Source: Prochlorococcus sp. AG-347-M18 (GTDB lineage Bacteria > Cyanobacteriota > Cyanobacteriia > PCC-6307 > Cyanobiaceae). Taken from it: a DNA stretch of 64,000 nt. The notes beneath the pieces are model-generated. The model saw only the letters and a program-made list of their open reading frames with translations. It was not told the DNA's origin and searched no databases. Both the position numbers and the translations under genes were made by a program. Below are positions 50,904 to 62,553 of this stretch, one piece after another. The stretch spans positions 4,057-68,056 of the forward strand of contig QCCT01000007.1 of NCBI GenBank assembly GCA_003281165.1, in the 5' to 3' direction. The stretch's first letter is position 1; every line of letters starts with the position of its first letter.

Positions 50904-52295
50904 ATGAGCATTTCATCTTTTCTAAATAAAAAGTTTTTAAAGTCACTTTTCTTTCCAGCTCACAACAGAGGGGCAGCATTACCCAAGAAATTAGTAAAAT
51001 TATTAAAAAGTCAACCTGGGTATTGGGATTTACCGGAACTACCAGAGATAGGCTCTCCACTATCAAAGAGCGGACTGATCTCTAAATCTCAAAGAGAATT
51101 CTCTAAAAAATTTAATTCGAAAGGATGTTTTTTTGGAGTTAATGGAGCCTCTGGATTAATACAATCAGCGTTAATTGCGATGGCAAATCCTGGCGAAACT
51201 ATTCTTATGCCTAGAAATGTTCATATAAGCGTTATTAAAACCTGTGCGATGCAGAACATACTTCCAATATTCTTTGACCTAGAATTTTCATCAGACACTG
51301 GTCATTACAAACCAATATCAAAAAACTGGTTGAAAAATGTATTTAAAAAAATAAATTTTAATGAAAAAAAAATTGTAGGGGTAATTCTTGTAAGTCCTTC
51401 TTATCATGGTTACGCAGGCGATTTAGAGCCTTTAATAGATCTTTGTCATCAAAAAAATTTACCTGTTTTGGTAGATGAAGCCCATGGCTCTTATTTCCTT
51501 TTTTGTGAAAACATTAATTTACCAAAATCAGCGTTATTATCAAATGCTGATTTAGTCGTTCACTCATTACACAAGTCTCTTAATGGTTTAACTCAAACGG
51601 CGGCACTTTGGTATAAAGGCAATCTTATAAATGAGCATAATTTAATCAAAAGTATTAATTTATTGCAAACTACGAGCCCTAGTTCCTTATTACTTTCTTC
51701 TTGTGAAGAGTCTATTAAAGATTGGCTTAATAAAAAAAGTTTATCAAAATATCAAAAAAGAATTTTAGAGGCAAAAAGTATCTACAAAAAATTAATCCAA
51801 AAAAATATTCCTCTGATAGAAACCCAAGACCCCTTAAAAATAGTATTAAATACATCTAAGTTCGGAATTGATGGTTTTACTGCTGATAGATTTTTCTATA
51901 GAAATGGTCTTATTGCTGAATTACCAGAAATGATGACGCTCACTTTTTGCCTAGGATTTGCGAATCAAAAAGATTTTCCAATTTTATTTGAAAAGTTGTG
52001 GAATAAATTAATATTAAATTCTAAAAAATCAAAAAGTTTAGAAATAATCCAATCACCTTTTAAATTAGTTCAAGCACCAGAAACTGAAATTGGAATTGCT
52101 TGGAGAAGTGAAACTCGCAGTATTCCCTTTTCAGAATCATTAAATAAAATATCTGGAGATATTATTTGCCCTTATCCTCCTGGGATACCTCTACTAGTTC
52201 CTGGAGAAAAAATTGACATCGATAGGTTTAATTGGATAAATAATCAAAGTTTATACAATAAAGATCTGGTAAATTTTAATATAAATGTCATATAA
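50904..52295 (+). CDS. Orn/Lys/Arg decarboxylase family (PLP, fold I)
   Basis: PAHNRG, PRNVHIS, VDEAHG, HSLHKS PLP lysine, TTSPS, PYPPGIP. Confidence 0.9.
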   Translation: MSISSFLNKKFLKSLFFPAHNRGAALPKKLVKLLKSQPGYWDLPELPEIGSPLSKSGLISKSQREFSKKFNSKGCFFGVNGASGLIQSALIAMANPGETILMPRNVHISVIKTCAMQNILPIFFDLEFSSDTGHYKPISKNWLKNVFKKINFNEKKIVGVILVSPSYHGYAGDLEPLIDLCHQKNLPVLVDEAHGSYFLFCENINLPKSALLSNADLVVHSLHKSLNGLTQTAALWYKGNLINEHNLIKSINLLQTTSPSSLLLSSCEESIKDWLNKKSLSKYQKRILEAKSIYKKLIQKNIPLIETQDPLKIVLNTSKFGIDGFTADRFFYRNGLIAELPEMMTLTFCLGFANQKDFPILFEKLWNKLILNSKKSKSLEIIQSPFKLVQAPETEIGIAWRSETRSIPFSESLNKISGDIICPYPPGIPLLVPGEKIDIDRFNWINNQSLYNKDLVNFNINVI

Positions 52296-52310
52296 ACATA
52301 GAAATTTGAT

Positions 52311-53168
52311 ATGAGATTAAGAAGCGGATTACTTATAGGAATTTTTGGTTTAATTGTTGTTTTGTTAGGGGGTTGGTTTTTTACTTTAGCAATAGCAATG
52401 CTTACTTATTTAGCGTTATTAGAATTTTTTAGAATGGCAGAATTTAAAGGAATAAAACCAGCTACAAAAACCACGTTATTTTCTTCATTAGTTATTATTA
52501 TTTCTACTTATCTTGAGACAATAGGTTTGCTTGAAGGAGAACTATCAAGCTCATTTTTACCTATCTGTTCAGTTGGAATATGCACTTGGTTACTTTTGCA
52601 ACCAAAACCTGGAACAATTTCAGATATTGCAGCATCTATTTTTGGTTTATTCTATTTAGGTTTTTTACCTAGTTACTGGATAAAGTTAAGAGGCTTAGAG
52701 TCAGTGATACTAAATTCAAATAAAGGTTTTATTTCGTTTGAGAGCTTATCAAATACTTCAGGTCTTCATTTGACTTTAACTTCTTGTTTTTTAATTGTTG
52801 CAAGTGATATTGGTTCCTACTTCATTGGGAAGTCATTTGGTAAAAAATCTCTTTCTCCAATATCTCCAAGTAAAACTATAGAGGGTTTAATAGGAGGAAT
52901 GTCCTGTTCAATTTTACTAGCAATATTTTTCGCATTTTTACTAAATTGGAAAAATCCATTATTAGTTGGAATTTTATATGGAATTTTAATTTCGCTCATG
53001 GCATTAGTTGGAGATTTAATTGAATCAATGATGAAGAGAGATGCAAAAATAAAAGATTCTGGAACTTTCTTACCTGGACATGGAGGTATTCTTGACAGGA
53101 TTGATAGCTACATTTTTACTCCGTCTGTTATATATTATATTTTTATAATTCTAAAGTATCTAAATTAG
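52311..53168 (+). CDS. cdsA: Phosphatidate cytidylyltransferase
   Basis: SDIGSY, ISPSKTIEG, GDLIESMMKR...KDSG..LPGHGGILDRIDS. Confidence 0.96.
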   Translation: MRLRSGLLIGIFGLIVVLLGGWFFTLAIAMLTYLALLEFFRMAEFKGIKPATKTTLFSSLVIIISTYLETIGLLEGELSSSFLPICSVGICTWLLLQPKPGTISDIAASIFGLFYLGFLPSYWIKLRGLESVILNSNKGFISFESLSNTSGLHLTLTSCFLIVASDIGSYFIGKSFGKKSLSPISPSKTIEGLIGGMSCSILLAIFFAFLLNWKNPLLVGILYGILISLMALVGDLIESMMKRDAKIKDSGTFLPGHGGILDRIDSYIFTPSVIYYIFIILKYLN

Positions 53169-53180
53169 TCATAAAATCAT

Positions 53181-54080
53181 TTATTCCAAAAAATAATCTT
53201 GGATAATTTTACTAGATAATGATGGTTGATCTACATGAGGAAGATGACCACAATTTTGCAAACCTACAAAATTTAATTTTTCAATTTTTCTTATATTTTT
53301 AATTTCTTTTTTACCAAGAATACGATCATTTTCTCCACAAATTGTTTTAATTGGAATATTTTGGATATATTTATGTGTTCCAGCAAATCCTCCACTTTTT
53401 GCGAAAGATGCAAGTGAGTTCCTCCATCCTTTACAACCTAAATGAATTGAAGCAATTTGCTCTTCCATTTCACCAACACATTCATCCGGGAAAGCAAATG
53501 CTTGCCTACAAAGACTTTTTCTAACCTGCGGCAATCCAAGAAATGAGGCCCCAATTTGGTTAAAAGGGAAGGGAATACTCTTAGGTTCTCCGAACAATCC
53601 CGCGGGAGATAAAAGAATAATCTTATCAACAGAATTAGGGATTTCAAAAGCAAGTTTTAAAGCTGTTGCCCCCCCCATAGAGGCACCAATAATTTTTAGA
53701 TTTTTTGTTATCTTTAAGGTCTTAAGGAGATCAACCAAAAATGTAATTATTTTAGAGGGATTGTATTCATTTGCTGCGCACCTAGGACTAAAACCAAAAC
53801 CTAAAAGATCAGGAACTATAACTTGGAAATTTCTTTTTAATGATTGATATATTCTTCTAAACTCTAAAAAACTACTATCAAAACCATGAAGGAGAAGTAT
53901 AGTCTGTCCCTTTCCACCAACAACCACAGGAAATTTCAAGGAGTTCCAGTTTTGATTGATTTTTATCCACTTAACATCATTCGCTAAATAAAGACCTAAT
54001 GGATCTAATAGAGATAATTTGGCACGCTCAAAAAAATCAACATTCAAATCACTAAATTGTTCGAAATAAGTTTTAGTCAA
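53181..54080 (-). CDS. Alpha/beta fold hydrolase
   Basis: LLHGFDS, DLLGFG, GASMGG, GHLPH. Confidence 0.9.
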   Translation of the reverse strand: MTKTYFEQFSDLNVDFFERAKLSLLDPLGLYLANDVKWIKINQNWNSLKFPVVVGGKGQTILLLHGFDSSFLEFRRIYQSLKRNFQVIVPDLLGFGFSPRCAANEYNPSKIITFLVDLLKTLKITKNLKIIGASMGGATALKLAFEIPNSVDKIILLSPAGLFGEPKSIPFPFNQIGASFLGLPQVRKSLCRQAFAFPDECVGEMEEQIASIHLGCKGWRNSLASFAKSGGFAGTHKYIQNIPIKTICGENDRILGKKEIKNIRKIEKLNFVGLQNCGHLPHVDQPSLSSKIIQDYFLE

Positions 54081-54085
54081 AAAAT

Positions 54086-55177
54086 TTATACTTTGATTTT
54101 TTGTTGTTCAAAATTTGCAATAACCTCAATGATGTCCCTTTTATGAATTTCAAAAGGCAAGAAGTGAATCTCAGATTTATCTCGACAAGTAAAATTAGCA
54201 ATTTTCTCTAAATTATTATTTTCAAAAACATTTATTCCAAGTTGTGCAATAGTAGTTGGCAAATTCAATTTTTTCATAAATACCAATAATTGCTTAATTG
54301 ATTGTTCAGCTAATTTATTATTATTTTTTATTTCTTCTAGTCTTAATTGCAATATTAATCCAACACCAACAATCTCACCATGTAAGAATTTATTAGGGGT
54401 AATTATCTGAGTAATAGCGTTATGAATAGCATGTGCAGCAGCAGTCCTACACTTTTCTCCCCCAATACCACCAACTAATCCTGCCGTAAGTCCACACGCT
54501 TCAATAGTATTACGCCAAGAAGGATTATTTTCAAATTCACTATTAAATGCCTTTTGACCATCTATTAGTAATTGATCTCTTAAAACTCTTGATATCTGAA
54601 TCGCTTGTTGCACAAGACCATCATCAATTGTTGAACTTGTAATTGAGGACTCATACCATTTTGCCAAAGCATCGGCTATGCCACTTGCCAGAGTTCTTAA
54701 TGGAGCTGTTTTAATAAATTTATGATCATACACTAGGATTTTCGGACAAGATCTTAATGCAAAATCCTCTATGAATTGGCCGTTCTTTGTATAAATATTA
54801 GATAAGGCTGTCCAACCTGCACAGGTAGAGGCGCTAAGAGGCACTGTAATACAGGGGATATTGAGACATTCTGCTATGTATTTACCAGCATCTAAAACTT
54901 TGCCACCTCCAGCTGCTATGACAGAATCATTTTTATTCTTTGAAATGATTTTCTTTACTCTTGAAATATCTTCATAACAACAATCAAATTGTAAATTAGC
55001 CGAATTAACAATGAGATTTTGATTTTTTAAATCAAAAATTATTTTATTTCTCAGGTTATTCGTCTTAGTACCTCTACCTAAAATTAATGGAGTTTTAGTT
55101 AATCTAGTAATTTGAGGTAAAGATTTTTCCCAAGCATAATTCCCCCTATATATAGTTTCTGGAGAGATTGATTGCAT
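54086..55177 (-). CDS. gldA: Glycerol dehydrogenase / Fe-ADH family oxidoreductase
   Basis: GGGKVLDAGK, SGIADALAKWYE, AHAIHN, HGEIV. Confidence 0.85.
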   Translation of the reverse strand: MQSISPETIYRGNYAWEKSLPQITRLTKTPLILGRGTKTNNLRNKIIFDLKNQNLIVNSANLQFDCCYEDISRVKKIISKNKNDSVIAAGGGKVLDAGKYIAECLNIPCITVPLSASTCAGWTALSNIYTKNGQFIEDFALRSCPKILVYDHKFIKTAPLRTLASGIADALAKWYESSITSSTIDDGLVQQAIQISRVLRDQLLIDGQKAFNSEFENNPSWRNTIEACGLTAGLVGGIGGEKCRTAAAHAIHNAITQIITPNKFLHGEIVGVGLILQLRLEEIKNNNKLAEQSIKQLLVFMKKLNLPTTIAQLGINVFENNNLEKIANFTCRDKSEIHFLPFEIHKRDIIEVIANFEQQKIKV

Positions 55178-55192
55178 ATTTATATTGAATAT

Positions 55193-57721
55193 CTAGAAGT
55201 TAGCACTTGCTAACTCTTGAGAAGATTCTTCAGAAGAAATATTAATCGTAACTTTTTTATTATCATCTATATCAACTAAAGCTTTATCTCCATTTTTTAT
55301 TCTTCCTGAAAGAACTTCCTCAGCCAAACTATCCTCTAATAGTCGCATAACCGCTCTTCTTAAGGGTCTTGCTCCATAAGAAGGATTATAGCCTTCTTCA
55401 ACAAGTCTTTCTTTAAAAGCATCTGTTACGTCTAATTTAATGCCTTTATCTTGTAATCTTGCAAAAACCTCTTGCAGCATTATTTCAGCAATTTCTTTGA
55501 CTTCATTTTTAGAAAGTTGCCTAAATACAATAATTTCATCAAGTCTATTTAAAAATTCAGGTCTAAAGTATTGCTTTAGTTCTTCATTAACTAAAGATTT
55601 TATTCTGTTGTATTGGCTATCTTCAACAGAATCACCTGAAAACTCAAATCCTAATCCACCTCCACCTTTCTCAATTACTTTTGAGCCAATATTGGAGGTC
55701 ATTATTAATAAAGTGTTTTTAAAGTCCACTGTTCTACCTTTAGAATCTGTTAATCTACCGTCCTCAAGAAGTTGCAATAATAAATTAAATACATCAGGAT
55801 GAGCTTTTTCTACTTCATCAAATAAGACAACTGTGTAAGGTCTTCTTCTGACCGCCTCAGTAAGTTGACCACCTTCATTAAAACCAACATATCCTGGGGG
55901 GGAACCTATAAGTTTACTAACTGTATGTCTTTCCATGAATTCTGACATATCCAATCTGATCATTGCTTCTTCACTACCAAAGAAATATGAAGCTAATGAT
56001 TTAGTTAATTCAGTTTTGCCGACACCAGTTGGGCCTGAAAAAATAAAACTTGCAATAGGTCTATTGGGGTTTTTTAACCCGACTCTTGCTCTTCTAATAG
56101 CTCTAGAAACAGCTTTTACAGCTTCATCTTGTCCAATTAATCTTTGGTGAAGAGTTTCCTCCATATTGAGAAGCTTGACTGATTCAGTTTCAGTTAATTT
56201 TTGAACAGGTACGCCGGTCCAAGATGCAACTATATGAGCCACATCCTCTTCACAAACCATAGGGTTTTGTATAAGTTTAGAATTATTTTTAACTGTATTT
56301 GAATCAATTGAAGATTCGTTCTCGGTTGAAGATTCTTTTTTCTTTTCGAGTACATCTTTAATTTTTGCTGACAATTCCATCTCCTTTTCTCTTAATTGGC
56401 CAGCTTGATCAAAGTTTTGGTCCCTTACAGATTCTTCCTTTTGTTTTTGAATTTGCCTTAGTTCTTTATCTATTTGTTTCGCCTCAGGCGGAAGCTTAGA
56501 ATTTATTAAACGAACTCTACTTCCAGCTTCGTCAATAAGGTCTATAGCTTTATCGGGCAAAAATCTATCAGATATATATCGATCTCCTAAATGAGCTGCA
56601 GCTTCTAGAGCATCATCAGTAATTTTAAGACGATGATGTTGTTCATAACGTTCTCGAAGACCTTTTAAGATTTCGATTGTATCTTCGATAGATGGTTCCC
56701 CAACCATTACGGGTTGGAACCTTCTTTCTAAAGCCGCATCTCTTTCAATATGTTTTCTATATTCATCTAATGTTGTAGCTCCAATACATTGGAGTTCTCC
56801 TCGAGCTAAAGCTGGCTTCAGTATATTTGCTGCATCTATAGCTCCTTCTGCTGCTCCAGCACCAATTAAAGTATGCACTTCATCTATGACAAGGATTACG
56901 TTCCCTGCAGATTTGATTTCTTCCATTATCTTTTTTAATCTTTCTTCGAATTCACCCCTATATTTTGTGCCCGCGACTAAAAGTCCTATATCAAGAGTTA
57001 ATACTCTTTTATCTTCGAGTATATCGGGGATATCTCCTAGCTGAATTCTCTGCGCCAGACCTTCTGCAATAGCTGTTTTACCTACACCAGGCTCTCCAAT
57101 GAGAACCGGATTATTTTTAGTTCTTCTACCTAATATTTGAACTACCCGGTCTATTTCTGCATAACGGCCAACTACAGGATCGAGTTTTGACTCACTTGCT
57201 AACTTTGTTAAATTTGTACCAAATTCGTCGAGAGTCGCAGTTTTTAAATTACCTTTACTTGAGTTAGAGCCGCTACCAACTTCTGCTGTTTCACCTAGCA
57301 TCCTTATAACTTGAGTTCTTACTTTAGTAAGATCAATACTTAGGTTTTCTAGGACCCTTGCAGCAACGCCCTCACCCTCTCTTATCAAACCTAACAGAAG
57401 ATGTTCAGTTCCTATATAGTTGTGACCTAACTGACGAGCTTCTTCTAGGGATAATTCTAAAACTCTTTTTGCCCTTGGAGTAAAAGGTATTTCTACAGCT
57501 ACAAAACCTGATCCTCTACCTATTATCTTTTCAACTTCTATTCTTGAATCTTTTAAGTTAACGCCTAATGACTTAAGAACCTTTGCTGCGACACCTGTAC
57601 CCTCTCCAATTAAACCTAATAAAATTTGTTCTGTTCCAACGAAATTATGACCAAGTCTCCTAGCTTCCTCTTGAGCAAGCATGATGACTTTTATAGCCTT
57701 TTCTGTAAATCTTTCAAACAT
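55193..57721 (-). CDS. clpC: Clp protease ATP-binding subunit ClpC
   Basis: MFERFTEKA, two Clp-N repeats, GEPGVGKT and GPTGVGKT Walker A motifs, LGF ClpP-docking loop. Confidence 0.98.
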   Translation of the reverse strand: MFERFTEKAIKVIMLAQEEARRLGHNFVGTEQILLGLIGEGTGVAAKVLKSLGVNLKDSRIEVEKIIGRGSGFVAVEIPFTPRAKRVLELSLEEARQLGHNYIGTEHLLLGLIREGEGVAARVLENLSIDLTKVRTQVIRMLGETAEVGSGSNSSKGNLKTATLDEFGTNLTKLASESKLDPVVGRYAEIDRVVQILGRRTKNNPVLIGEPGVGKTAIAEGLAQRIQLGDIPDILEDKRVLTLDIGLLVAGTKYRGEFEERLKKIMEEIKSAGNVILVIDEVHTLIGAGAAEGAIDAANILKPALARGELQCIGATTLDEYRKHIERDAALERRFQPVMVGEPSIEDTIEILKGLRERYEQHHRLKITDDALEAAAHLGDRYISDRFLPDKAIDLIDEAGSRVRLINSKLPPEAKQIDKELRQIQKQKEESVRDQNFDQAGQLREKEMELSAKIKDVLEKKKESSTENESSIDSNTVKNNSKLIQNPMVCEEDVAHIVASWTGVPVQKLTETESVKLLNMEETLHQRLIGQDEAVKAVSRAIRRARVGLKNPNRPIASFIFSGPTGVGKTELTKSLASYFFGSEEAMIRLDMSEFMERHTVSKLIGSPPGYVGFNEGGQLTEAVRRRPYTVVLFDEVEKAHPDVFNLLLQLLEDGRLTDSKGRTVDFKNTLLIMTSNIGSKVIEKGGGGLGFEFSGDSVEDSQYNRIKSLVNEELKQYFRPEFLNRLDEIIVFRQLSKNEVKEIAEIMLQEVFARLQDKGIKLDVTDAFKERLVEEGYNPSYGARPLRRAVMRLLEDSLAEEVLSGRIKNGDKALVDIDDNKKVTINISSEESSQELASANF

Positions 57722-57868
57722 CAGAAGATTAAATCCTATTAATAACCTACCAGTAATATGTCAAATTTGTGTTCAGAATGAGCTTTTGTGAATACCCAAA
57801 AATATATTTTATTGAATTAAATTTAACTTTTTTAGTGATATAGCAACAAATTATAGTAATTTCAAGCA

Positions 57869-57884
57869 TTCTGGTTATCCGAAC
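57869..57884 (-). promoter_or_regulatory. K-box-like element upstream of clpC
   Basis: GTTCGG-ATAA-CC-AG-AA versus K-box GTTCGG-NNAN-CCNNAC (recalled consensus), one mismatch; TATAAT lies 13 bp downstream (57850-57855, minus). Confidence 0.5.
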
Positions 57885-57899
57885 AATTAAATTCTTTAA

Positions 57900-58340
57900 T
57901 TATTTAGTTGTTAATTTTTTTTCTTTTAAGAGAGCATCCGAACCATCTTTATAGTAGTTTGTTCTTTTTCCCACAGTATAAAAATCAAAGTGATTATAAA
58001 ATTTCTCAGCTGTGGTATTCGTAAAAGAGACTTCTAAAAGTAATTTATTTATATTTAAAGTCTGACATTGTTTTATTAGATAGTTCATAAGATAAGTTCC
58101 ATAACCTTTTTTCCTATATTTCTGATTTACTACAAAAAAATTTATTTGAGCTTCATCAAGAACCACATGAAAAACACATATCCCTATTACTACATTTGAA
58201 ATAAATAATCCTACTACTTTAATACCTTCTTTCTTGAATTCGCTAGCCCATTGCTTTTTGGTCCAAAACGAAATCGTACTTGAATCTAATTCATAACATA
58301 AATCAATATCTTTCTCATTTATGTGTTTAATAGATATCAT
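57900..58340 (-). CDS. rimI: RimI-like GNAT N-acetyltransferase
   Basis: YRKKGYG acetyl-CoA motif, LLLEV..TN..A.KFY, RTNYY.DGSDA. Confidence 0.85.
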   Translation of the reverse strand: MISIKHINEKDIDLCYELDSSTISFWTKKQWASEFKKEGIKVVGLFISNVVIGICVFHVVLDEAQINFFVVNQKYRKKGYGTYLMNYLIKQCQTLNINKLLLEVSFTNTTAEKFYNHFDFYTVGKRTNYYKDGSDALLKEKKLTTK

Positions 58341-58422
58341 TTTATATGAATACTCACAAAATAAATTAAAAAGTCATTATAAAATATGACACTTCACAGC
58401 ATAACCCTATTATGAATTCCAA

Positions 58423-59796
58423 ATGGAAGAAAAAAAATCATTTTTAAAAGAAAAGATTGACCTCAAAAGTCCTAATAAAAATATCGTACCCATTACTACA
58501 TCAATAGAAAATGATGGGAAATTAGCCATCGGAGGATGTTCTATTCAAGAATTAGTTAAAAAATATGATTCTCCTCTTTATATATTGGATGAAAAAACTT
58601 TAAGAGAATCTTGTAGAGCTTATAAAAAAGCACTAGAAAAATATTATCCAGGGAAATCATTACCAATATATGCGTCCAAGGCAAATAGTTCTATCTTCAT
58701 GAGTAATCTTGTTTCCTCAGAAGGTTTAGGACTTGATGCAGTTTCAGAAGGAGAACTCTTAACTGCCCTTAAAGGTGGGGTCCCAAATGAGAAAATTGTT
58801 TTTCACGGAAATAATAAATCAGATAAAGAAATAGAGTTTGCCGTTAGAAATAATATAAAAGTAATTGTTGATAATGATTACGACTTTGAAAGATTAGAAA
58901 ATCTATCAAACTCATTAAATCGTGACCTAGAAATAATGATTCGCTTTACTCCGGGGATAGAATGCCATACTCATGAATACATAAGGACTGGATCATTTGA
59001 TAGCAAATTTGGTTTTGGGATTGAATATTTGAATAACTTATTTGCAAATATACGCGATACTAAACATCTAAAATTAACAGGGATACATGCTCATATTGGT
59101 TCACAGATTTTTGAACTAGACCCTCATCATGATCTTGGGGAAATAATGGTAAATGTCATTTTAGACGCCAAAAAGTTTGATCATAATATCGTGGAACTTA
59201 ATGTTGGAGGAGGATTAGGTATTAAATACACAGAAAGTGATGATCCCCCTTCAATTGATGAATGGGTAAAAACAATTTCTGACTCAGTTGTTAAAGCTTG
59301 TAAGAAAAACAACTTAGATTTTCCTACTTTGATGTGTGAGCCTGGAAGATCTATCGTATCTACAGCAGGTGTAACAATCTACAAGATTGGGGCCTTTAAA
59401 GAAATTCCAGGTATAAGAACATACTTATCTGTTGATGGTGGGATGAGTGATAATCCAAGACCGATAACATACCAATCAAATTATTCTGCATGTCTGGTAA
59501 ATAATCCACTTAACAATAATTCCGATAACAAATATACTATTGCTGGCAAACACTGCGAATCAGGAGATGTCCTTTTTAAAGAAATAGATTTAGCAGAATG
59601 CAAAACAGGAGACTTAATATGCGTTTTTGGTACTGGTGCCTACAATAATTCAATGAGTTCTAATTACAATAGAATTCCGAGACCTGCGGCTCTCTTAGTT
59701 TGTGATGGTGATGCTGAGATCATTCAAAAAAGAGAAAATCCATCTGATCTTTTAAAATATGATGTCTTACCTGATCGCTTTATCAAACAAAATTAG
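58423..59796 (+). CDS. lysA: Diaminopimelate decarboxylase
   Basis: YASKAN, HGNNK, SKFG, HAHIGSQ, GGGLG, EPGRS, HCESGD, GAY...MSSNYN. Confidence 0.97.
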   Translation: MEEKKSFLKEKIDLKSPNKNIVPITTSIENDGKLAIGGCSIQELVKKYDSPLYILDEKTLRESCRAYKKALEKYYPGKSLPIYASKANSSIFMSNLVSSEGLGLDAVSEGELLTALKGGVPNEKIVFHGNNKSDKEIEFAVRNNIKVIVDNDYDFERLENLSNSLNRDLEIMIRFTPGIECHTHEYIRTGSFDSKFGFGIEYLNNLFANIRDTKHLKLTGIHAHIGSQIFELDPHHDLGEIMVNVILDAKKFDHNIVELNVGGGLGIKYTESDDPPSIDEWVKTISDSVVKACKKNNLDFPTLMCEPGRSIVSTAGVTIYKIGAFKEIPGIRTYLSVDGGMSDNPRPITYQSNYSACLVNNPLNNNSDNKYTIAGKHCESGDVLFKEIDLAECKTGDLICVFGTGAYNNSMSSNYNRIPRPAALLVCDGDAEIIQKRENPSDLLKYDVLPDRFIKQN

Positions 59797-59824
59797 GTAC
59801 ATTTAAATTAATTTTGTTCTTAAT

Positions 59825-60733
59825 GTGAATTTCTGGGGGATTATAAATTTAAAGCTTTTATTAGATGTATTATTTGCAGTTGGTTTTGGACTTTTATTAT
59901 TTTCTAGAGTAAAAGAACAAAGAACCCTATGGCTTTTAAGGGGATATTTATTTTTAGTTTCATCCGCATGGTTTATACAAAGATATGCCTCCCTTCCATT
60001 AACATCAAAATTAATTGATGCAGTGGTTCTCGCTTGCTCTCTCTCATTGGCAATTCTTTGGCAAGGAGAGCTAAGAAGATTAATGGAATTATTGGGCACT
60101 GGGAGGCTAGCTGTATTACTTGGAAATCCACCAAAGGAATTTAGAGCTACATCCACTACTATTACTCAGTTAGTTGATACTGCGGGTAAACTCTCTCAGA
60201 ATAGAAGAGGTGCTTTAATCGTTGTTGATTTAGGGAGTGATTTAAGGCCTGAAGATTTTTTATATTCAGGTACCAATATTGAGGCACAATTATCAACTGA
60301 CCTATTAATAAATCTTTTTGCAACTGATACGCCTTTACATGATGGTGCAGTTCTTGTGAAAGGAAATAAAATAATCTCTGCTGGAGTAATACTCCCTTTA
60401 TCGAGGCAAGGAATAAGCAGATACGGAACAAGACATCTTGCTGCACTAGGAATTACAGAAAGATTTGATAGGTGTATTTGCATTGTTGTCTCGGAAGAGA
60501 CAGGTACATTATCATTAGCAAACCAAGGGAAACTTGAAAGACCAATTACCAGCAGCAGGTTACAAGAACTTCTTGTAAATTTGATTGGAAATCAAAACTC
60601 AATGGGGACAAATAAATCAACTTTAGGTAAAAGTTCTTTATCCCAAAATACAAATTTAAATGATAATGTTAAAAGTGATATAAATGAAAAAGAGATCGAA
60701 AAGCCTGCAACCTTAAATAACAAAAATGATTAA
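59825..60733 (+). CDS. cdaA: Diadenylate cyclase (c-di-AMP synthase)
   Basis: Three N-terminal TM helices; PLHDGA and GTRHLAA catalytic motifs; VSEETG; GTG start. Confidence 0.93.
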   Translation: MNFWGIINLKLLLDVLFAVGFGLLLFSRVKEQRTLWLLRGYLFLVSSAWFIQRYASLPLTSKLIDAVVLACSLSLAILWQGELRRLMELLGTGRLAVLLGNPPKEFRATSTTITQLVDTAGKLSQNRRGALIVVDLGSDLRPEDFLYSGTNIEAQLSTDLLINLFATDTPLHDGAVLVKGNKIISAGVILPLSRQGISRYGTRHLAALGITERFDRCICIVVSEETGTLSLANQGKLERPITSSRLQELLVNLIGNQNSMGTNKSTLGKSSLSQNTNLNDNVKSDINEKEIEKPATLNNKND

Positions 60734-60736
60734 CTT

Positions 60737-61540
60737 ATGAGTTTAGGCCAAATAGCTGACAAGAAAAATAATGACTTATCCAAGAGAATAGATAAGCAAA
60801 AAGTCCCAGAACATGTTGCGATAATTATGGATGGGAATGGGAGATGGGCCACTAAAAAAGGTTTACCTCGTTCATATGGACATAAAAGAGGAGTTAATGT
60901 TTTAAAAGAAATTCTTAAAGCATCGAAAAAATTAGGTTGTAAAGTACTAACTGTTTATGCTTTTTCAACTGAGAATTGGACAAGGCCAACGAAAGAGGTT
61001 GATTTTCTCATAAATCTTTTTAGCGAAGTTTTGAGAAACGAGATTGATGAAATACATGAAGAATCAACAAAAATAAAATTTATTGGAGATTTATCTCCTT
61101 TTCCAGAAACTTTAAAAAAAATAATCTCTAATTCAGAATCTCTAACTAAAAACAACAATAAATTTTTATTGAATGTTTGTGTCAATTACGGAGGCAGACA
61201 AGAAATAGTAAAAGTTGCAAAAGTATTAGCATTAAAATCTTCTTCAGGTGAAATAAAACCAAGTGAAGTGAATGAAGAATTATTTAATTCAGAGCTATTA
61301 ACAAGTGGAATTAAAGATCCAGAATTACTAATAAGAACTAGTGGAGAAAAAAGGATCAGTAATTTTCTTTTATGGCAGTTAGCTTATTCAGAAATTTATA
61401 TATCCGACGTACTTTGGCCAGACTTCAATGAGTTTGAATTCCTAAAAGCAATAATTGATTACCAATCAAGGAATAGACGTTTTGGCGGTATAGAATCATT
61501 ACCAGATGAATCTTTTGAAGATTCTCAGTATTCTTCCTAA
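60737..61540 (+). CDS. uppS: Undecaprenyl diphosphate synthase
   Basis: [43 protein letters not shown]. Confidence 0.97.
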   Translation: MSLGQIADKKNNDLSKRIDKQKVPEHVAIIMDGNGRWATKKGLPRSYGHKRGVNVLKEILKASKKLGCKVLTVYAFSTENWTRPTKEVDFLINLFSEVLRNEIDEIHEESTKIKFIGDLSPFPETLKKIISNSESLTKNNNKFLLNVCVNYGGRQEIVKVAKVLALKSSSGEIKPSEVNEELFNSELLTSGIKDPELLIRTSGEKRISNFLLWQLAYSEIYISDVLWPDFNEFEFLKAIIDYQSRNRRFGGIESLPDESFEDSQYSS

Positions 61541-61545
61541 CAAAA

Positions 61546-62553
61546 ATGGCTAATTTGGATAATCTGATATTAAAAGAAATTAGGTTCGATTGGAATAAAG
61601 AGGAAATATTGAAAATACTTAATATGCCTCTGATTGATTTAATGTGGGAATCGCAAACCGTTCACAGGAAATTCAACAAATACAACATTCAATTAGCATC
61701 ATTATTCAGTGTAAAAACTGGAGGATGTGAGGAAAATTGTTCGTACTGTAGCCAATCAATTTATAGTGCTAGCGAAATCAAAAGTCATCCACAATTCCAA
61801 GTTAAAGAGGTTTTAGCAAGAGCTCAAATAGCAAAAAAAGAGGGTGCAGATAGGTTTTGTATGGGTTGGGCATGGAGAGAAATTAGAGATGGAAAATCTT
61901 TCAATGCAATGTTAGAGATGGTTAGTGGAGTAAGAGATTTAGGAATGGAAGCATGCGTTACTGCTGGGATGCTTACAGAAGAACAAGCTTCCAGACTTGC
62001 TGAGGCAGGTTTGACCGCGTATAACCACAATCTTGATACTAGTCCTGAGCATTATAAAAATATTATTACGACAAGAACTTATCAAGACAGACTAGATACT
62101 ATCAAAAGAGTAAGAGATGCAGGAATAAATGTTTGTTGTGGAGGGATAATAGGTTTGGGGGAAACTAATGGCGATAGAGCGTCTCTTTTAAAAGTGCTTT
62201 CAAATATGAATCCGCACCCTGAAAGTGTGCCTATAAATTCATTAGTAGCTATTGAAGGTACTGGTTTAGAAGATAATCAAGAAATTGATTCGATTGAAAT
62301 GATAAGGATGATAGCTACAGCCAGAATTCTTATGCCTAAAAGTAAAATAAGATTAAGTGCAGGGCGAGAAAAGCTTTCAAAAGAAGCTCAAATTTTATGT
62401 TTTCAATGTGGGGCAAATTCAATTTTTTATGGAGATGAGTTACTAACAACTTCAAATCCATCTTTTCAATCAGATAGAAAGCTTCTTAAAGAGGTTGGCG
62501 TATCATTTAACAAAGATTTCGAAACTTGTGAAAAAACATTATCTTCTTTATGA
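61546..62553 (+). CDS. bioB: Biotin synthase
   Basis: [15 protein letters not shown] radical-SAM motif, YNHNLDT, PESVPIN, RLSAGR. Confidence 0.97.
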   Translation: MANLDNLILKEIRFDWNKEEILKILNMPLIDLMWESQTVHRKFNKYNIQLASLFSVKTGGCEENCSYCSQSIYSASEIKSHPQFQVKEVLARAQIAKKEGADRFCMGWAWREIRDGKSFNAMLEMVSGVRDLGMEACVTAGMLTEEQASRLAEAGLTAYNHNLDTSPEHYKNIITTRTYQDRLDTIKRVRDAGINVCCGGIIGLGETNGDRASLLKVLSNMNPHPESVPINSLVAIEGTGLEDNQEIDSIEMIRMIATARILMPKSKIRLSAGREKLSKEAQILCFQCGANSIFYGDELLTTSNPSFQSDRKLLKEVGVSFNKDFETCEKTLSSL

